A stretch of DNA of 62,810 nucleotides, counting the filler. It is 4 parts of 4 records of this genome, joined end to end, with 100 filler letters (N's around TTAATTAATTAA, not from the genome) between each part and the next. Parts side by side here need not be neighbours in the genome. Positions count along the whole stretch, not along the records: positions 1 to 20,351 come from DRR723986_8134; positions 20,452 to 29,996 come from DRR723986_8141; 2 more parts are not named here. The stretch is one strand, 5' to 3'. The notes beneath the pieces are model-generated. The model made no database searches. It saw nothing but the letters and a program-made list of their open reading frames with translations, and was not told the DNA's origin. The position numbers were made by a program, and so were the translations under genes. This document shows positions 11,152 through 22,328 of this stretch, piece after piece; position 1 is the first letter of the stretch; each line of letters begins with the position of its first letter.

Positions 11152-12490
11152 TGGCAAGCTCCCGCACAGCGGCACTAAACTGTTCGCCGCGATCGCTGTA
11201 GCTGCGGAACATGTCGAAACTTGCACAGGCCGGAGAGAGAAGTACAACGTCTCCAGTTTGAGCAAAGGTTAACGCGCCTTGCACAGCAGCAGCCATGCTC
11301 TGCTCGCGTCGACAAGGTACGTGCTCTGCGAGACAGGCCTCGATCGCGGCGGCCGCCTCGCCAATCACCACTGCCGCTCGGCCGCTTCTGCGCATGGCTT
11401 CAGCCAGCGGCGAAAACTCCCCGCCCTTGGCCAAACCACCGGCAATCAACACGATTTTTCCACTCTCAGCTAAGCCTTCTATTGCCGAGACCGATGCCCC
11501 GACATTGGTGCCTTTCGAGTCATTGTAAAAACGCACGCCATCGATCTCTGCCACAAACTCACAACGGTGCGGCAGACCCGAAAATTCTCGCAAGGCGTCA
11601 AGCATTACCGGTGTATCAATTCCTGCTGCGGCGCCTATGGCCAGTGCCGCCAATGCATTGCTCAGGTTATGGCGCCCCGCTATGCGCAATTCACTTGCCG
11701 CCATTAGCGGCTCACGCGCCAGTGCCAAGTAGCGTCCGCCCGGCTGCTCCAAAACGCCAAAGCGCCGAAAATCTGAGTGGCCCAGCGAAAAGCTCCATAC
11801 CTCGACATCGTCGGGCACCAGGGGCTGCGTGAGTGACTGGTCAGCATTGACAACGGCTTTTTTGCAGCCTTGAAAAATTCGGTGTTTCGCTTGGTGATAG
11901 TTGAGCATGCTGCCGTGGTGGTCTAAATGATCAGCACTGATATTCAGCACTGTCGCCACCTCTGCACCAAGCATTGCACAGCGCTCTAGCTGGAAGGATG
12001 AGAGCTCCAATACATACAGCTGGACATCGTCGTCCAACAACTCCAGAGCAGGCGTGCCTAGGTTCCCGCCGACCGCAACGCGAATGCCGGCCCGCTCAGC
12101 CATTAAGCCCACCAGCGTGGTGACCGTACTTTTCCCATTCGATCCGGTGATTGCCACAATCGGCGCACTCGCCGCTTGGTGAAATAAATCAATGTCACCG
12201 CTGACGCGAACGCCCGCCGCCGAGGCCGCGGCAATTGCCGGCTCGCTCAACGGGATACCCGGGTTCACCAGCAATTCGCTGGCGCCGATAAACTGGTCTT
12301 CGGAGAAGGGGCCAAGCTGCAGCTCAACATCGGGGAACGCCTGGCGAAAGGCATCGAGTCCTGCCGGTTGCTCTCGACTGTCGGCAACAGTGAAGGGCAA
12401 GCCACGCGCACTCAAATAGCGGGCAACAGAAAGCCCGGTGGCTCCGACCCCCACAATGACGCGTTTATTGTCCGACGCTATTACGCTCAC
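11144..12490 (-). CDS. murD: UDP-N-acetylmuramoyl-L-alanine--D-glutamate ligase
   Basis: GSNGKSTVT, ELSSFQLE, NDSKGTN, SPACASFD. Confidence 0.98.
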   Translation of the reverse strand: MSVIASDNKRVIVGVGATGLSVARYLSARGLPFTVADSREQPAGLDAFRQAFPDVELQLGPFSEDQFIGASELLVNPGIPLSEPAIAAASAAGVRVSGDIDLFHQAASAPIVAITGSNGKSTVTTLVGLMAERAGIRVAVGGNLGTPALELLDDDVQLYVLELSSFQLERCAMLGAEVATVLNISADHLDHHGSMLNYHQAKHRIFQGCKKAVVNADQSLTQPLVPDDVEVWSFSLGHSDFRRFGVLEQPGGRYLALAREPLMAASELRIAGRHNLSNALAALAIGAAAGIDTPVMLDALREFSGLPHRCEFVAEIDGVRFYNDSKGTNVGASVSAIEGLAESGKIVLIAGGLAKGGEFSPLAEAMRRSGRAAVVIGEAAAAIEACLAEHVPCRREQSMAAAVQGALTFAQTGDVVLLSPACASFDMFRSYSDRGEQFSAAVRELANG

Positions 12491-12503
12491 CTTGACTCTC
12501 TTA

Positions 12504-13586
12504 TTACCGTAGTTTCAACGTTGCCAGGCCAAACAGCACCAGCATTACCGTAATGATCCAAAAACGTACGATTACCCGCGGTTCAGGCCACCCCTTTAAT
12601 TCAAAGTGATGATGGATAGGCGCCATACGGAAAATGCGCCGTCCCGTCAGCTTGAACGATGCAACCTGCAAAATGACCGACACCGTTTCCAATACAAATA
12701 TGCCGCCCATGATGAAAAACACGATCTCATGGCGGGTAATCACCGCAATACAACCCAGGGTTGCCCCCAGAGCCAGGGCGCCAACATCACCCATAAAAAC
12801 TTGCGCGGGATAGGTGTTAAACCATAAGAAACCGAGTCCGGCGCCAGCCAGGGCGCCGCATATCACAATGAGCTCCCCTGCGCCCGCGACGTAAGGAATA
12901 TGCAGGTATTCGGCAAACTTCACGTGCCCGGTAAGGTAGGCGATCAAGCCCAGCGCTGCGCCCACCAATACCGTGGGCAGAATCGCCAAGCCATCTAGGC
13001 CATCAGTCAGGTTCACCGCGTTGCTGGCGCCAACGATCACGAAGTAACACAGCACCATAAACAGCGGCCCCATTTGCCAGCTGAGATTTTTAAAGAACGG
13101 GAAGTACAGCGTAGTGTCGACGGGGCTGTCTGCGGTGATATACAAGAAAACCGACGCACCGATGCCCGCAACACTTTGCCAGAAGTATTTCCATCGCGCG
13201 GGCAGTCCGCGGGGGTTGCGCTCGATAACCTTGCGGTAGTCATCAACCCAGCCCACCGCGCCGAAAATAAAGGTGACGATCAATACTGTCCACACGAAGG
13301 GGTTGCGCAGGTCGGCCCACAGCAAGGTACTGGTAAATATCGCGACCAGAATTAAGGCGCCGCCCATGGTCGGAGTCCCGGATTTACTCAGGTGGGACTT
13401 CGGACCATCATCGCGAATGGCCTGACCAATTTGATAGAAGTTCAACTTGCGGATCATCGCCGGCCCGACTAACAACGAAATAGCCAAAGCGGTTAACACC
13501 CCGAGAATGCCGCGAAAACTAAGATATTGGAAAACCGCAAATCCGCTAATATGCTGGCTCAGGTATTCTGATAACAGTAACAGCAT
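12504..13586 (-). CDS. mraY: Phospho-N-acetylmuramoyl-pentapeptide transferase
   Basis: [33 protein letters not shown]. Confidence 0.99.
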   Translation of the reverse strand: MLLLLSEYLSQHISGFAVFQYLSFRGILGVLTALAISLLVGPAMIRKLNFYQIGQAIRDDGPKSHLSKSGTPTMGGALILVAIFTSTLLWADLRNPFVWTVLIVTFIFGAVGWVDDYRKVIERNPRGLPARWKYFWQSVAGIGASVFLYITADSPVDTTLYFPFFKNLSWQMGPLFMVLCYFVIVGASNAVNLTDGLDGLAILPTVLVGAALGLIAYLTGHVKFAEYLHIPYVAGAGELIVICGALAGAGLGFLWFNTYPAQVFMGDVGALALGATLGCIAVITRHEIVFFIMGGIFVLETVSVILQVASFKLTGRRIFRMAPIHHHFELKGWPEPRVIVRFWIITVMLVLFGLATLKLR

Positions 13587-13587
13587 G

Positions 13588-14949
13588 TCAGCTGTCCCCC
13601 TTGGACAATTGTTGTTGTAATACCTGCACCACGGCCTCCATTGCGGCGCTGCGGGATCCTTTAATTAGCACGGCATCAATGCCCTGTGTGTCATCAGCCA
13701 GCTGCAATAGCAGCGCTGAATTATCGCCATAAGCGCGCGCGCCCTCGCCAAAGCGCGCCGCCATCGCATTGGCATATTCGCCAACGACAATGAAACGCTC
13801 GATACCCGCTTTCGCGGCGTACTCGGCAATTCGCAGGTGCTGGTCAGCGGCGTTCTCGCCCAGCTCAGCCATGGTGCCAAGCACCAGTGCCCGCTGCCCC
13901 GGCTCACTGGCCAGAACATCAATCGCCGCTCGCACGGAGCCTGGGTTGGCGTTGTAGCTGTCGTCGATAAGCGTGACACCTGCAATTGTTTCCCGCGACA
14001 GCCGGCCTTTGGCATTTCGTACCAGCCGGAATCCCTCAGGCAATTGCCCAAGTTCAACGCCCAGCGCTAACGCGGCCGCCGCCGCGGCCAGGGCATTGGC
14101 AACCATGTGGCGACCCGGCAGGGGCAACTCGACCGCTACGCTGCCCTCCGGGCAGTGCAAGGTGAATAGCGACTTCCCTGCCTGCAACTGAATATCGCTG
14201 GCGTAAATATCTGCCGACGCAGACTCGACGCTAAACGTGACCCGTCGGCAATGCGCGGCCCTTTCTTGCCAGCGCGAGCAGTACTGATCGTCGGCGTTAA
14301 TGACCGCAAGGCCATCAGCCGGAAGGGCTTCAAATATTTCGCCCTTGGTGTTTGCCACACCATCCAGCGAGCCAAAGCCTTCTATATGTGCCGGCTGCGC
14401 GTTGGTCAAAATGGCGACACGAGGGCTAGCAAAGTCGCACAGGTAGCGAATGTCGCCAGCCTTGGCGGCACCCATTTCAATCACCGCAAAATCGTGCTCA
14501 GCGCTCAGTCGCAGCAACGTAAGGGGAACACCCAGTTCATTGTTGTAATTGCCCGCCGTTGCCAACACATTGCCACGCACGCTCAGCAGCGCCGCCAATA
14601 TTTCTTTGGTTGATGTCTTGCCGCTGCTGCCAGTCAGCGCGACCAACGCACCGCAGTATTGTCGGCGATTCTCCCGGGCCATAGCGCCAATAGCGGCATA
14701 GCTGTCTTCAACTTGAACGCAGGGCAGGCGTTCACTCACTGCATTCACAAGCGCTGCAGCCGCGCCATTTTCCGCCGCGGCGTCAATGAAGTTGTGACCA
14801 TCAACGTGCTTACCCGGCAACGCGACAAAAAGACTTTGGTCACGGCTACGGCGGCTATCGATCTCCACCGAAGACACCGCTACATCCTCGCCGTAAACGC
14901 GCCCCTGACAAAGTGCAGCGATTGTCGACAGCGACATTGGCTGAATCAT
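13588..14949 (-). CDS. murF: UDP-MurNAc-tripeptide--D-Ala-D-Ala ligase
   Basis: [31 protein letters not shown]. Confidence 0.97.
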   Translation of the reverse strand: MIQPMSLSTIAALCQGRVYGEDVAVSSVEIDSRRSRDQSLFVALPGKHVDGHNFIDAAAENGAAAALVNAVSERLPCVQVEDSYAAIGAMARENRRQYCGALVALTGSSGKTSTKEILAALLSVRGNVLATAGNYNNELGVPLTLLRLSAEHDFAVIEMGAAKAGDIRYLCDFASPRVAILTNAQPAHIEGFGSLDGVANTKGEIFEALPADGLAVINADDQYCSRWQERAAHCRRVTFSVESASADIYASDIQLQAGKSLFTLHCPEGSVAVELPLPGRHMVANALAAAAAALALGVELGQLPEGFRLVRNAKGRLSRETIAGVTLIDDSYNANPGSVRAAIDVLASEPGQRALVLGTMAELGENAADQHLRIAEYAAKAGIERFIVVGEYANAMAARFGEGARAYGDNSALLLQLADDTQGIDAVLIKGSRSAAMEAVVQVLQQQLSKGDS

Positions 14950-16436
14950 ATTGCCTCCCTGCGACCGATAGCCCGATGGGCCACCGCTAGGTCGCTAAAA
15001 GGAAGCTGTTGACCACCGATATCCTGGCTTTGCTCGTGGCCTTTCCCGGCTATAAGCACCACATCACCCGGCTGAGCACCGGTAATCGCCGCCAATATGG
15101 CACGCTCGCGATCAACCTCTGCCTCAACGCCACTAAGGTCAGAAATACCAGCGCAGATATCATCGATAATGTCTTGTGGCGCCTCGCTGCGAGGGTTGTC
15201 GCTAGTAACAAAAAGACGATCAGCCCCAGCGGCGGCTGCGCGCCCCATCAACGGGCGCTTGCCACGGTCTCGCTCGCCACCGCAACCAAACACACAAAAC
15301 AGCTGGCCACTGCATACCGGGCGCAAGCTATCGAGCACTTTCGTCAAGGCATCTTCGGTATGGGCGTAGTCGATCACAACCAGCACCCCGTCTTCACTGC
15401 GCAAGCACTGCATTCGGCCCGGCACTGGCTGCAGAGCCTCCAATACATTGGCAATCTGCTGTGGAGCAATGCCCCGAGCGAGCAACACACCGCATGCGGC
15501 TGCCAGGTTGGCCAAATTGAAGTCGCCCAACAACGGCGTATCAATATCGATCCGCCCCCAGGGGCTGTGCAGCACGGCTCGGCTGCCGGAAATATCGCTT
15601 GCCAGCCGCTCAACATAGATCTGCGCAGCGGCATCACTCAGGCTGTAATCAATTATCTGCGACGCCGCTGCACTGGCTATCAATTGCCGACCAAATTCGT
15701 CGTCGCGATTGATGACCGCCAGCCCCAGATTTGGCCAATTAAACAAACGGGCCTTCGCCGCAGCGTACGCCGCCATGCTGCCGTGATAATCGAGATGATC
15801 TTGGCTTAAATTGGTAAATATCGCCGCGTCGAAATGCAGCGCTTCAACGCGGTGTTGCGCCAAGCCGTGAGAGGACACTTCCATAGAGGCCCAGCGCGCG
15901 CCGCCCTCACACCAACTGGCTAGCAGCGCCTGTATGGATACCGCGTCGGGCGTGGTATTTCCGGCTGGTTTCAAGTCGCCCAGACGACCATTGCCCAAGG
16001 TACCGACGATCCCGCAGGGCTCACCCATGGCCTCAAGCAGTTGCGCCAACATCCAACTGCAGCTGGTTTTGCCATTGGTGCCCGTTATGCCTATCAGGCG
16101 CATAGCCTGTGAAGGGTGAGCAAAATACTTACCGGCAATTTCACTAACGCGCTCAGCCAGCTGGTCAACGGGCAACACCGGCAACGACCATGCCGAAGTG
16201 TCACACGGCGCATCGGCAATAACCGCAACGGCGCCTGCCGCGACGGCCGCATTGATATGGTCACGACCATCGTGAGCATGACCTTTTAATGCCAGAAAAA
16301 CCTGGCCCGGCTTAATTTTTCGGCTATCCAGGCACAGGCCAGCCACGGGAATTGCCGCCACATCGGCACTGACACCAGGCAGTAAATCACCCAGGCTGCG
16401 CTCACTCGGCTTGCTATAGCGGGCTACAGAGGTCAT
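14946..16436 (-). CDS. murE: UDP-MurNAc-dipeptide--meso-diaminopimelate ligase
   Basis: GTNGKTS, MEVSSH, DYAHT, DNPR (mDAP-specific), AGKGHE. Confidence 0.98.
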   Translation of the reverse strand: MTSVARYSKPSERSLGDLLPGVSADVAAIPVAGLCLDSRKIKPGQVFLALKGHAHDGRDHINAAVAAGAVAVIADAPCDTSAWSLPVLPVDQLAERVSEIAGKYFAHPSQAMRLIGITGTNGKTSCSWMLAQLLEAMGEPCGIVGTLGNGRLGDLKPAGNTTPDAVSIQALLASWCEGGARWASMEVSSHGLAQHRVEALHFDAAIFTNLSQDHLDYHGSMAAYAAAKARLFNWPNLGLAVINRDDEFGRQLIASAAASQIIDYSLSDAAAQIYVERLASDISGSRAVLHSPWGRIDIDTPLLGDFNLANLAAACGVLLARGIAPQQIANVLEALQPVPGRMQCLRSEDGVLVVIDYAHTEDALTKVLDSLRPVCSGQLFCVFGCGGERDRGKRPLMGRAAAAGADRLFVTSDNPRSEAPQDIIDDICAGISDLSGVEAEVDRERAILAAITGAQPGDVVLIAGKGHEQSQDIGGQQLPFSDLAVAHRAIGRREAI

Positions 16437-18154
16437 GCGGCGGCATCCCCCCGGTCTTCGCCTTCAGCTTCAGGCTCAACATCATCCGGCGCAATATTCA
16501 TCAAGCGCAGCGCGTCGGCAACGACACTGGAAAATACCGGCGCGGCCACTAGCCCGCCAAAATAATCACCCTCCGGCTCATCAATCGTCACGACTGCAAC
16601 AATGCGCGGGTCACTGGCCGGCGCCACGCCGGCAAACAGCGAAAAATAGCGGTCTTCCGCATAGCCACCAGCAACGGCTTTGTGCGATGTTCCAGTCTTT
16701 CCTCCAACGCGGTATGCCGCTACGCGGGCTCGCGTGGCTGTGCCGCCAGGCTGCGTAACCAGCTCCAGCATATCAACCACCTGGCGGGCGACTTTCGGAG
16801 CAATCACCTGCCGGTGCTCGGCGGGCTCCTGACGCTTCAGCATACTCACCGGCTGAAACACACCGTGGTTCGCAAATACGGAATAAGCTTGAGCGAGCTG
16901 GAGGTTGGTAACCGTCATGCCATAACCAAAGGACAACGTCGCCCGTTCGATCGCTCGCCAATTCGGACGGTTAGGCAGTACTCCGCTGCTCTCCCCGGGA
17001 AACCCGGAGCCGGTATCACGGCCAAAGCCGAATCGCTGAAAAACACGCCACACTTCTTGCTCGTCCAGCGACAGTGCAATTTTGGTAGTGCCGACCTGGC
17101 TGGATTTTTTCAATACTTCCGCTACGGTCAGCACGCCGTAGTTGCGATGATCTTCAAGTAGCTTAGGCCCCACCTTGATATAACCGGGGTGGGTGTTTAT
17201 TTCGGTATCCGGCTGATAGCGGCCACTCTCGAGTGCAGCGACCAATGTCATCGGCTTCACCGTTGAACCCGGCTCAAACATGTCGATAACAGCGCGATTG
17301 CGCAACGCGCTCGGATTAAGCTGACTGCGGTTATTCGGGTTGTACGAGGGTTGATTCACCATCGCTAACACTTCACCGCTCTTACTATCGAGAATAACGA
17401 CCGAACCGGCTTTAGCGCCGGTTCGTTTAAGTGCTGCTTTTAATTCTCGGTAGGCCAAGTACTGCAAGCGTAAATCTATGCTGAGCTGGAGGCTCTTTCC
17501 GGGGCTCGCCTCCTTCCCGGCATCGATCTCCCTAATAATATTGCCATACAGATCTTTTAATACTCGCTTGCGGCCGGGCTCGCCGTTGAGCCATTCGTCA
17601 TAGGCCAACTCTAAGCCTTCCTGACCTCGGTCATCGATATTCGTAAAACCCAGTAAATGTGCCGTGACCTCACCCGCGGGATAAAACCGCCGGTATTCGC
17701 GCTGCAGGTAAACCCCCGGCACTTTTAATGCGAGGATAGCTTTCGCGTCTTGCGGTGCGAGATGGCGGCGCAGGTACATAAACTGGCTATTGCTGTAACG
17801 CTCCATTTTTCTGGACAATTCTGCAACCGACATCGACAGTGCACGCGCCAGCTTCGGCCAGGCGTCTTTCTGTTTGCCCAGCTCTCTGGGGTTTGCCCAA
17901 ATTGACGCTACCGGTGTGCTAACCGCCAGCGGTTCGCCATTGCGGTCCGAGATCATGCCACGGTGCGCGGGAATGACTTCGCTGCGAATCGTCCTGGCAT
18001 TACCCTGCCCCTGCAGGAACTCATAGCCGCGATCAACATCAAGCACCTGCAAGGTCAGGGTGCGCGCAAGCAGCATGGCAGCCAGCACCAGCAGGCCGGC
18101 CACAACAACGCGAAACCGCCAAGGCGATATCGGTGCTTTAACCTGCTTTGCCAT
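16433..18154 (-). CDS. ftsI: Peptidoglycan transpeptidase FtsI (PBP3)
   Basis: EPGSTVK (SxxK), KSSQVG, KTGT motifs; N-terminal TM anchor. Confidence 0.98.
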   Translation of the reverse strand: MAKQVKAPISPWRFRVVVAGLLVLAAMLLARTLTLQVLDVDRGYEFLQGQGNARTIRSEVIPAHRGMISDRNGEPLAVSTPVASIWANPRELGKQKDAWPKLARALSMSVAELSRKMERYSNSQFMYLRRHLAPQDAKAILALKVPGVYLQREYRRFYPAGEVTAHLLGFTNIDDRGQEGLELAYDEWLNGEPGRKRVLKDLYGNIIREIDAGKEASPGKSLQLSIDLRLQYLAYRELKAALKRTGAKAGSVVILDSKSGEVLAMVNQPSYNPNNRSQLNPSALRNRAVIDMFEPGSTVKPMTLVAALESGRYQPDTEINTHPGYIKVGPKLLEDHRNYGVLTVAEVLKKSSQVGTTKIALSLDEQEVWRVFQRFGFGRDTGSGFPGESSGVLPNRPNWRAIERATLSFGYGMTVTNLQLAQAYSVFANHGVFQPVSMLKRQEPAEHRQVIAPKVARQVVDMLELVTQPGGTATRARVAAYRVGGKTGTSHKAVAGGYAEDRYFSLFAGVAPASDPRIVAVVTIDEPEGDYFGGLVAAPVFSSVVADALRLMNIAPDDVEPEAEGEDRGDAAA

Positions 18155-18473
18155 AACCCCTAACCATTTCTACCTCACGCATATCAGGCGCTTTCATTTT
18201 TAATTTATCTTCAGCCAGACTCTGCACTCTATCGGGCGACGCCCATGTGCTCTGTTCCAACAACAGACGCCCCCACTCTTCATCTAACTGCATAGCGTCG
18301 CGTCGCAAATCTTGTAGTTCACTAAATAACTTGCGCGATTTGTGCGAGCTTTGAATCAGCGCCAGCGCTGACACCAAAACCAGAACAAACAGCAGCGGCA
18401 CCCAAAACCCGCCAAAAGGCGCAACCTCAGCATTCTCACGCTGCTTTTTTTTCGGCTTGCCAGCGGCCGCCAC
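18138..18473 (-). CDS. ftsL: Cell division protein FtsL
   Basis: TM plus coiled coil, EWGRLLLEQSTW; between rsmH and ftsI. Confidence 0.93.
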   Translation of the reverse strand: MAAAGKPKKKQRENAEVAPFGGFWVPLLFVLVLVSALALIQSSHKSRKLFSELQDLRRDAMQLDEEWGRLLLEQSTWASPDRVQSLAEDKLKMKAPDMREVEMVRGYGKAG

Positions 18474-19406
18474 CTAGCGCTCCCCCAGTTTTTCAGCAAC
18501 TCGCATCACCGCGCTGCGCGCTCTGGGGTTCGCTGCCACCTCTTGCTCACTCGGCTTCACTGCTTTACCGACCAGTCGCATCGTCCGCCCAACCTGATCA
18601 TCGGTAACAGGCAAATACGCCGGCACCGACTCGCCCTGGGCTTGTCGACGCATAAAACGCTTTACGATGCGGTCTTCCAGCGAGTGGAAGCTGATAACAA
18701 CCAACCGGCCGCCGGGCCTCAGGCGCTCAACAACTTTTTCTAGCAGGCGCTCTAGGTCGCCCAATTCGTTATTGATGTATATACGTATCGCCTGAAACGC
18801 TCGCGTTGCTGGGTGCTTGTGCTTCTCCCAAGAGGGGTTCGCCTCCGCCACAATTTTTGCCAACTGCAGCGTTCTTGTTATTGGCTGTTCCGCTCTAGCC
18901 TCAACAATCGCTCGCGCGATACGCTTGGCAAAGCGCTCTTCGCCATAGACTTTGAGCACCCGCGCGATATCGCTCTCTTCCGCCTCAGCCAACCACTGCG
19001 CTGCACTCTGGCCTGACTCGGTATCCATGCGCATATCAAGGTCGCCATCGCGCAGAAAACTAAAGCCGCGTTCGGCTTCATCCAGCTGCGGCGACGAGAC
19101 ACCAAGATCAAGCAGCACGCCGTCGACACCCTCGCGCCAACCGGCACACTCCAGCAATTCGTCCAGCTCGGCAAATGAACCTTTGCGCATCTGGAAACGC
19201 TGATCTTCAGCCATTAAGGCAGCGCCAGACTCACAGGCACGAGGATCTTTATCGATCCCCATTAGCAGCCCCGCTTCGCCCAAGCTTTCCAGGATTAACC
19301 GGCTGTGGCCGCCACGCCCAAACGTTCCGTCCACATAGCAGCCATCACTTGGCCCCATGAGTGCCGAAACCGCCTCGTTGCGCAGTACCGTCAGATGCTG
19401 TTCCAA
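18474..19406 (-). CDS. rsmH: 16S rRNA m4C1402 methyltransferase
   Basis: [38 protein letters not shown] start. Confidence 0.98.
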   Translation of the reverse strand: MEQHLTVLRNEAVSALMGPSDGCYVDGTFGRGGHSRLILESLGEAGLLMGIDKDPRACESGAALMAEDQRFQMRKGSFAELDELLECAGWREGVDGVLLDLGVSSPQLDEAERGFSFLRDGDLDMRMDTESGQSAAQWLAEAEESDIARVLKVYGEERFAKRIARAIVEARAEQPITRTLQLAKIVAEANPSWEKHKHPATRAFQAIRIYINNELGDLERLLEKVVERLRPGGRLVVISFHSLEDRIVKRFMRRQAQGESVPAYLPVTDDQVGRTMRLVGKAVKPSEQEVAANPRARSAVMRVAEKLGER

Positions 19407-19415
19407 AGCGCCCCC

Positions 19416-19859
19416 TTAAAGTGACAGCGACAGCATTTCTTCCGGCATCGACTCATCGTCATCGCCGGTATCGAGCTCCTGGTTCCAGCCCGACTCACTC
19501 CAAAGCTCTAATTTTTTCCCCTGCCCGATAAGCATCAATTTCTTTTCTAAATTTGCGTAGTCACGCAGGGTCTGTGGCAATAACACGCGCCCATTGCCAT
19601 CAAGCTCAAGCGGCGTGGCATAACCAAGCAACAAGCGCTGCATACGTCTGGCCTTGCGATGGATATTGGGCAAGGCCTCAATTTTTGGCTGTAAATCCAG
19701 CCATTGGGGCTCGGGGTAGACCAACAGGCAGCGCTCTTCTGTGTGAGCAGTGACAACCAAACGCCCCTCACACACGGACGACAGGGCATCGCGCACTTTG
19801 GCTGGAATCGCCATGCGCCCCTTTGCATCCATTGTGATTGCGTAGCTGCCGATAAACAC
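19416..19859 (-). CDS. mraZ: Division/cell wall cluster transcriptional repressor MraZ
   Basis: Duplicated DxxGR motifs (DAKGR, DGNGR); first gene of the dcw cluster. Confidence 0.97.
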   Translation of the reverse strand: MFIGSYAITMDAKGRMAIPAKVRDALSSVCEGRLVVTAHTEERCLLVYPEPQWLDLQPKIEALPNIHRKARRMQRLLLGYATPLELDGNGRVLLPQTLRDYANLEKKLMLIGQGKKLELWSESGWNQELDTGDDDESMPEEMLSLSL

Positions 19860-19886
19860 GCTAGCCCACCTTTATCCCTTCAGAAT

Positions 19887-19931
19887 CCACTTTCACACCA
19901 CCTGAACCCACAAAATGCCACTTTTCACCAC
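19887..19931 (-). promoter_or_regulatory. MraZ-binding GTGG repeat array
   Basis: CCAC (+ strand) at 19887, 19898, 19908, 19918, 19928, i.e. 10-11 bp periodicity, directly upstream of mraZ. Confidence 0.8.
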
Positions 19932-20154
19932 TACGCGACACTATATGAACTGTGCAGCATTTATGTCAAGGAAGACGCACCGCAAAACGCAGGGATTTTT
20001 CGCAAATATGTTGTGAAATGGCAGGTAAAATCGCGGAACTTGCAAAAACAAAGAAAACTAAGGCATAGAAAACAAGCACATAAAAACACTACTTAAAGTA
20101 AATCCTTAAGTAGATAGCTCGTTATCGGAGAAATAATCAAAAAGAGAAGAAAAA

Positions 20155-20351
20155 TGAGTCGGCCTATAAGCCGGGTTCTGTCGTGGACGACCATTCATCT
20201 GGGGCCTGCGTCACCGCAAACCTCAAGCAGCCTACCCGAATCCACTGCGGGTCGCAGCGTAGGATTCCTATTTGGCCTTGCTCCAAGCGGGGTTTACCAT
20301 GCCACGAACTGTTGCCAGTCGCGCGGTGCGCTCTTACCGCACCATTTCAAC
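20155..20351 (-). ncRNA. rnpB: RNase P RNA (type A), 3' half; 5' part cut by contig end
   Basis: Minus strand contains GGTAAACCCCGC..GGAGCAAGGCCAAATAGG and the conserved 3' end GACAGAACCCGGCTTATAGGCCGACTC, followed by a T-rich tail. Confidence 0.95.
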
Positions 20352-20451
20352 NNNNNNNNNNNNNNNNNNNNNNNNNNNNNNNNNNNNNNNNNNNNTTAAT
20401 TAATTAANNNNNNNNNNNNNNNNNNNNNNNNNNNNNNNNNNNNNNNNNNNN
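20352..20451. other. Artificial contig linker
   Basis: N44-TTAATTAATTAA-N44 (stops in all six frames). Confidence 0.99.
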
Positions 20452-21401
20452 TACAATTGGAGTCGGCTGTTTCTTAGGAAAGCCGCGGCATTCTTCGCGA
20501 GGGAAGCGACATGAGGTTCGCTTTCATCGCGAAGCACCGCCATATCTGGCCGGTCAGCTGGATATGCGAGGTTCTGGAGGTTTCGCGCTCGGGCTTTCAT
20601 GCATGGCTGAACCGCCCTCTCAGTGACCGCGCGATCCTCGATGCGAAGCTCGTCACTGCCATCGACACGAGTTTCAAGGCCAGCGACCGGACCTATGGCG
20701 CCCGCCGTGTCTGGCATGACGTCCTTGAAGAGGGTCTGATCTGCGGCCTTCATCGGATCGAGCGGTTGATGCGCCAGAACGCATTGAAAGCACGCCCAAA
20801 ACGGCGCGGAAAGCCTGGAGACGAAGGCGAACGATCGGTCATCGCCGACAACATTCTCGACCGGGATTTCGAAGCGGATCGCCCGAACCAGAAGTGGCTC
20901 GCCGACTTTACCTACATCTGGACCGCCCAGGGCTGGCTGTATGTCTCGGTCGTGCTGGACCTGTTCTCTCGCCGTGTGGTCGGCTGGTCGATGAAGGCCG
21001 ATAGAGATGCCACGCTGGTCATGGACGCCCTGATGATGGCCGTTTGGCGCCGCGGCAAGGCGGACGCCCTTCTGCATCACTCTGACCAGGGATCGCAATA
21101 CGCCAGTGAGCAGTTTCAGCGCCTGCTGGCCGACAATGGCATCACCTGCTCCATGAGCCGGGCTGGCAATGTCTGCGACAACTCGGCGATGGAAAGCTTC
21201 TTTTCGTCGCTGAAAACCGAACGGACCAACCGCAAGGTCTATAGGACCCGCGACGAAGCCCGTGCCGACGTGTTCGACTATATCGAGCGCTTCTACAACC
21301 CGCGCAGACGGCACTCGAAGCTGGGCTATCTCAGCCCTATGGAGTTCGAGGCCCGCGCTATGCTAGCTTAACATGCTGTCCACGAAACCGGCAGCAGGCC
21401 A
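20452..21401 (+). mobile_element. IS3-family insertion sequence (left part missing)
   Basis: End of orfA (KAAAFFAREAT*) overlaps orfB. Probable right end TGTCCACGAAACCGGCAGCAGGCCA finishes in CA at 21401. Confidence 0.88.
20511..21371 (+). CDS. IS3-family transposase OrfB (rve integrase core)
   Basis: YGARRV, WLADFTY, HHSDQGSQY, DNSAMESFFSSLKTE (DDE), YNPRRRHS. Confidence 0.95.
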   Translation: MRFAFIAKHRHIWPVSWICEVLEVSRSGFHAWLNRPLSDRAILDAKLVTAIDTSFKASDRTYGARRVWHDVLEEGLICGLHRIERLMRQNALKARPKRRGKPGDEGERSVIADNILDRDFEADRPNQKWLADFTYIWTAQGWLYVSVVLDLFSRRVVGWSMKADRDATLVMDALMMAVWRRGKADALLHHSDQGSQYASEQFQRLLADNGITCSMSRAGNVCDNSAMESFFSSLKTERTNRKVYRTRDEARADVFDYIERFYNPRRRHSKLGYLSPMEFEARAMLA

Positions 21402-21514
21402 GAAGGAGCCCTCCACACATGACAGCACCTTTAGTGAGCCAGCCTAACTTGGTGCGTGGATGGTTTGTTGTGCCACGCTTGGCACGCCCTGGCCGGCAGG
21501 CGCCTACGCGCAAA

Positions 21515-22264
21515 TCATACCGCGCCGGTCTGGATCAGCTCTGCGGCGCATAGTTGAAGCGCTTTAATCGCAGCCTGATCGGCTTTTGCATCACGGCCCA
21601 GTCCGTGCGCACGCGACAGCCCGATTACGGTCTCGGGCCCGGTGGGCACTGCATATCCGGTGATACCCGCCTCAAGCTGCGCCCGTGCGATGCACAGGCC
21701 CGCACTGCGGGCTTGGTCTACCTCGGCGCTGATCCAGCGCCGGTCTGTCAGCGCCTCTGGCGTGCGCGCCTGCATAGGGGCGGTGGCCAGCAGCCTTGCG
21801 GCCACATCGGCCGGGCGCAGCGCCAACAGCATGCGACCAAGGCTGGTATGCAACAGTGGCAAAGTGCTACCCAAGGTAAACCCAAAAGTGACGACGCTGT
21901 TTTGCAAGGTGGATTGTGCCAGTAGCAGCACATCTTGCCCATCCAGCACGGCCATGGAAATTGGAGCACCAGCCTGTGCTGCATGGCGGTCAAGCACCGG
22001 CTGCACCAACCGCCCAACCTGCTGCCCGCTAAGATAGCCACCCGCAAAACGCAACACGCGCGGCGTTAGGCGATAGCCCCGTGCGCCGTCGGTTTCAACA
22101 AAGCCCTGATCAACCAGTGTCAGCACCAAACGCCGCGCCGCCGCGCGATCTAGGCTGCTGCGCCGCGCAATTTCTGCAAGGCTTAGCACCGGGGCACCGC
22201 CATCAAAGGCGCCAAGCACCGCAAGCCCTTTGGCAAAAGTGCTGGCGATATTGCGGTTCTGCAT
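21515..22264 (-). CDS. IclR-family transcriptional regulator, PcaR/PobR-like
   Basis: FAKGLAVLGAF...LSLAEIARRSSLDRAAARRLVLTL wHTH, HTSLGRMLLA effector-domain motif. Confidence 0.9.
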   Translation of the reverse strand: MQNRNIASTFAKGLAVLGAFDGGAPVLSLAEIARRSSLDRAAARRLVLTLVDQGFVETDGARGYRLTPRVLRFAGGYLSGQQVGRLVQPVLDRHAAQAGAPISMAVLDGQDVLLLAQSTLQNSVVTFGFTLGSTLPLLHTSLGRMLLALRPADVAARLLATAPMQARTPEALTDRRWISAEVDQARSAGLCIARAQLEAGITGYAVPTGPETVIGLSRAHGLGRDAKADQAAIKALQLCAAELIQTGAV

Positions 22265-22311
22265 TGACGGCTGCACCAGTGTTGCCCAACATGGTCGTAT
22301 ATCAATCTATA

Positions 22312-22328
22312 TGTGCGATATACGCACA
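22312..22328. promoter_or_regulatory. Probable IclR (PcaR/PobR-type) operator palindrome
   Basis: TGTGCG-ATATA-CGCACA inverted repeat in the short divergent intergenic region. Confidence 0.7.

Noticed and set aside
15009-15809. 266-aa plus-strand ORF and similar ORFs across the dcw cluster
   Set aside because: Antisense to well-conserved genes (murE etc.), with no recognisable motifs
20154-20407. Short plus-strand ORFs running into the N gap
   Set aside because: Antisense to RNase P RNA and closed by linker stops
20400-21314. 304-aa minus-strand ORF
   Set aside because: Antisense frame of IS3 orfB ending in the linker
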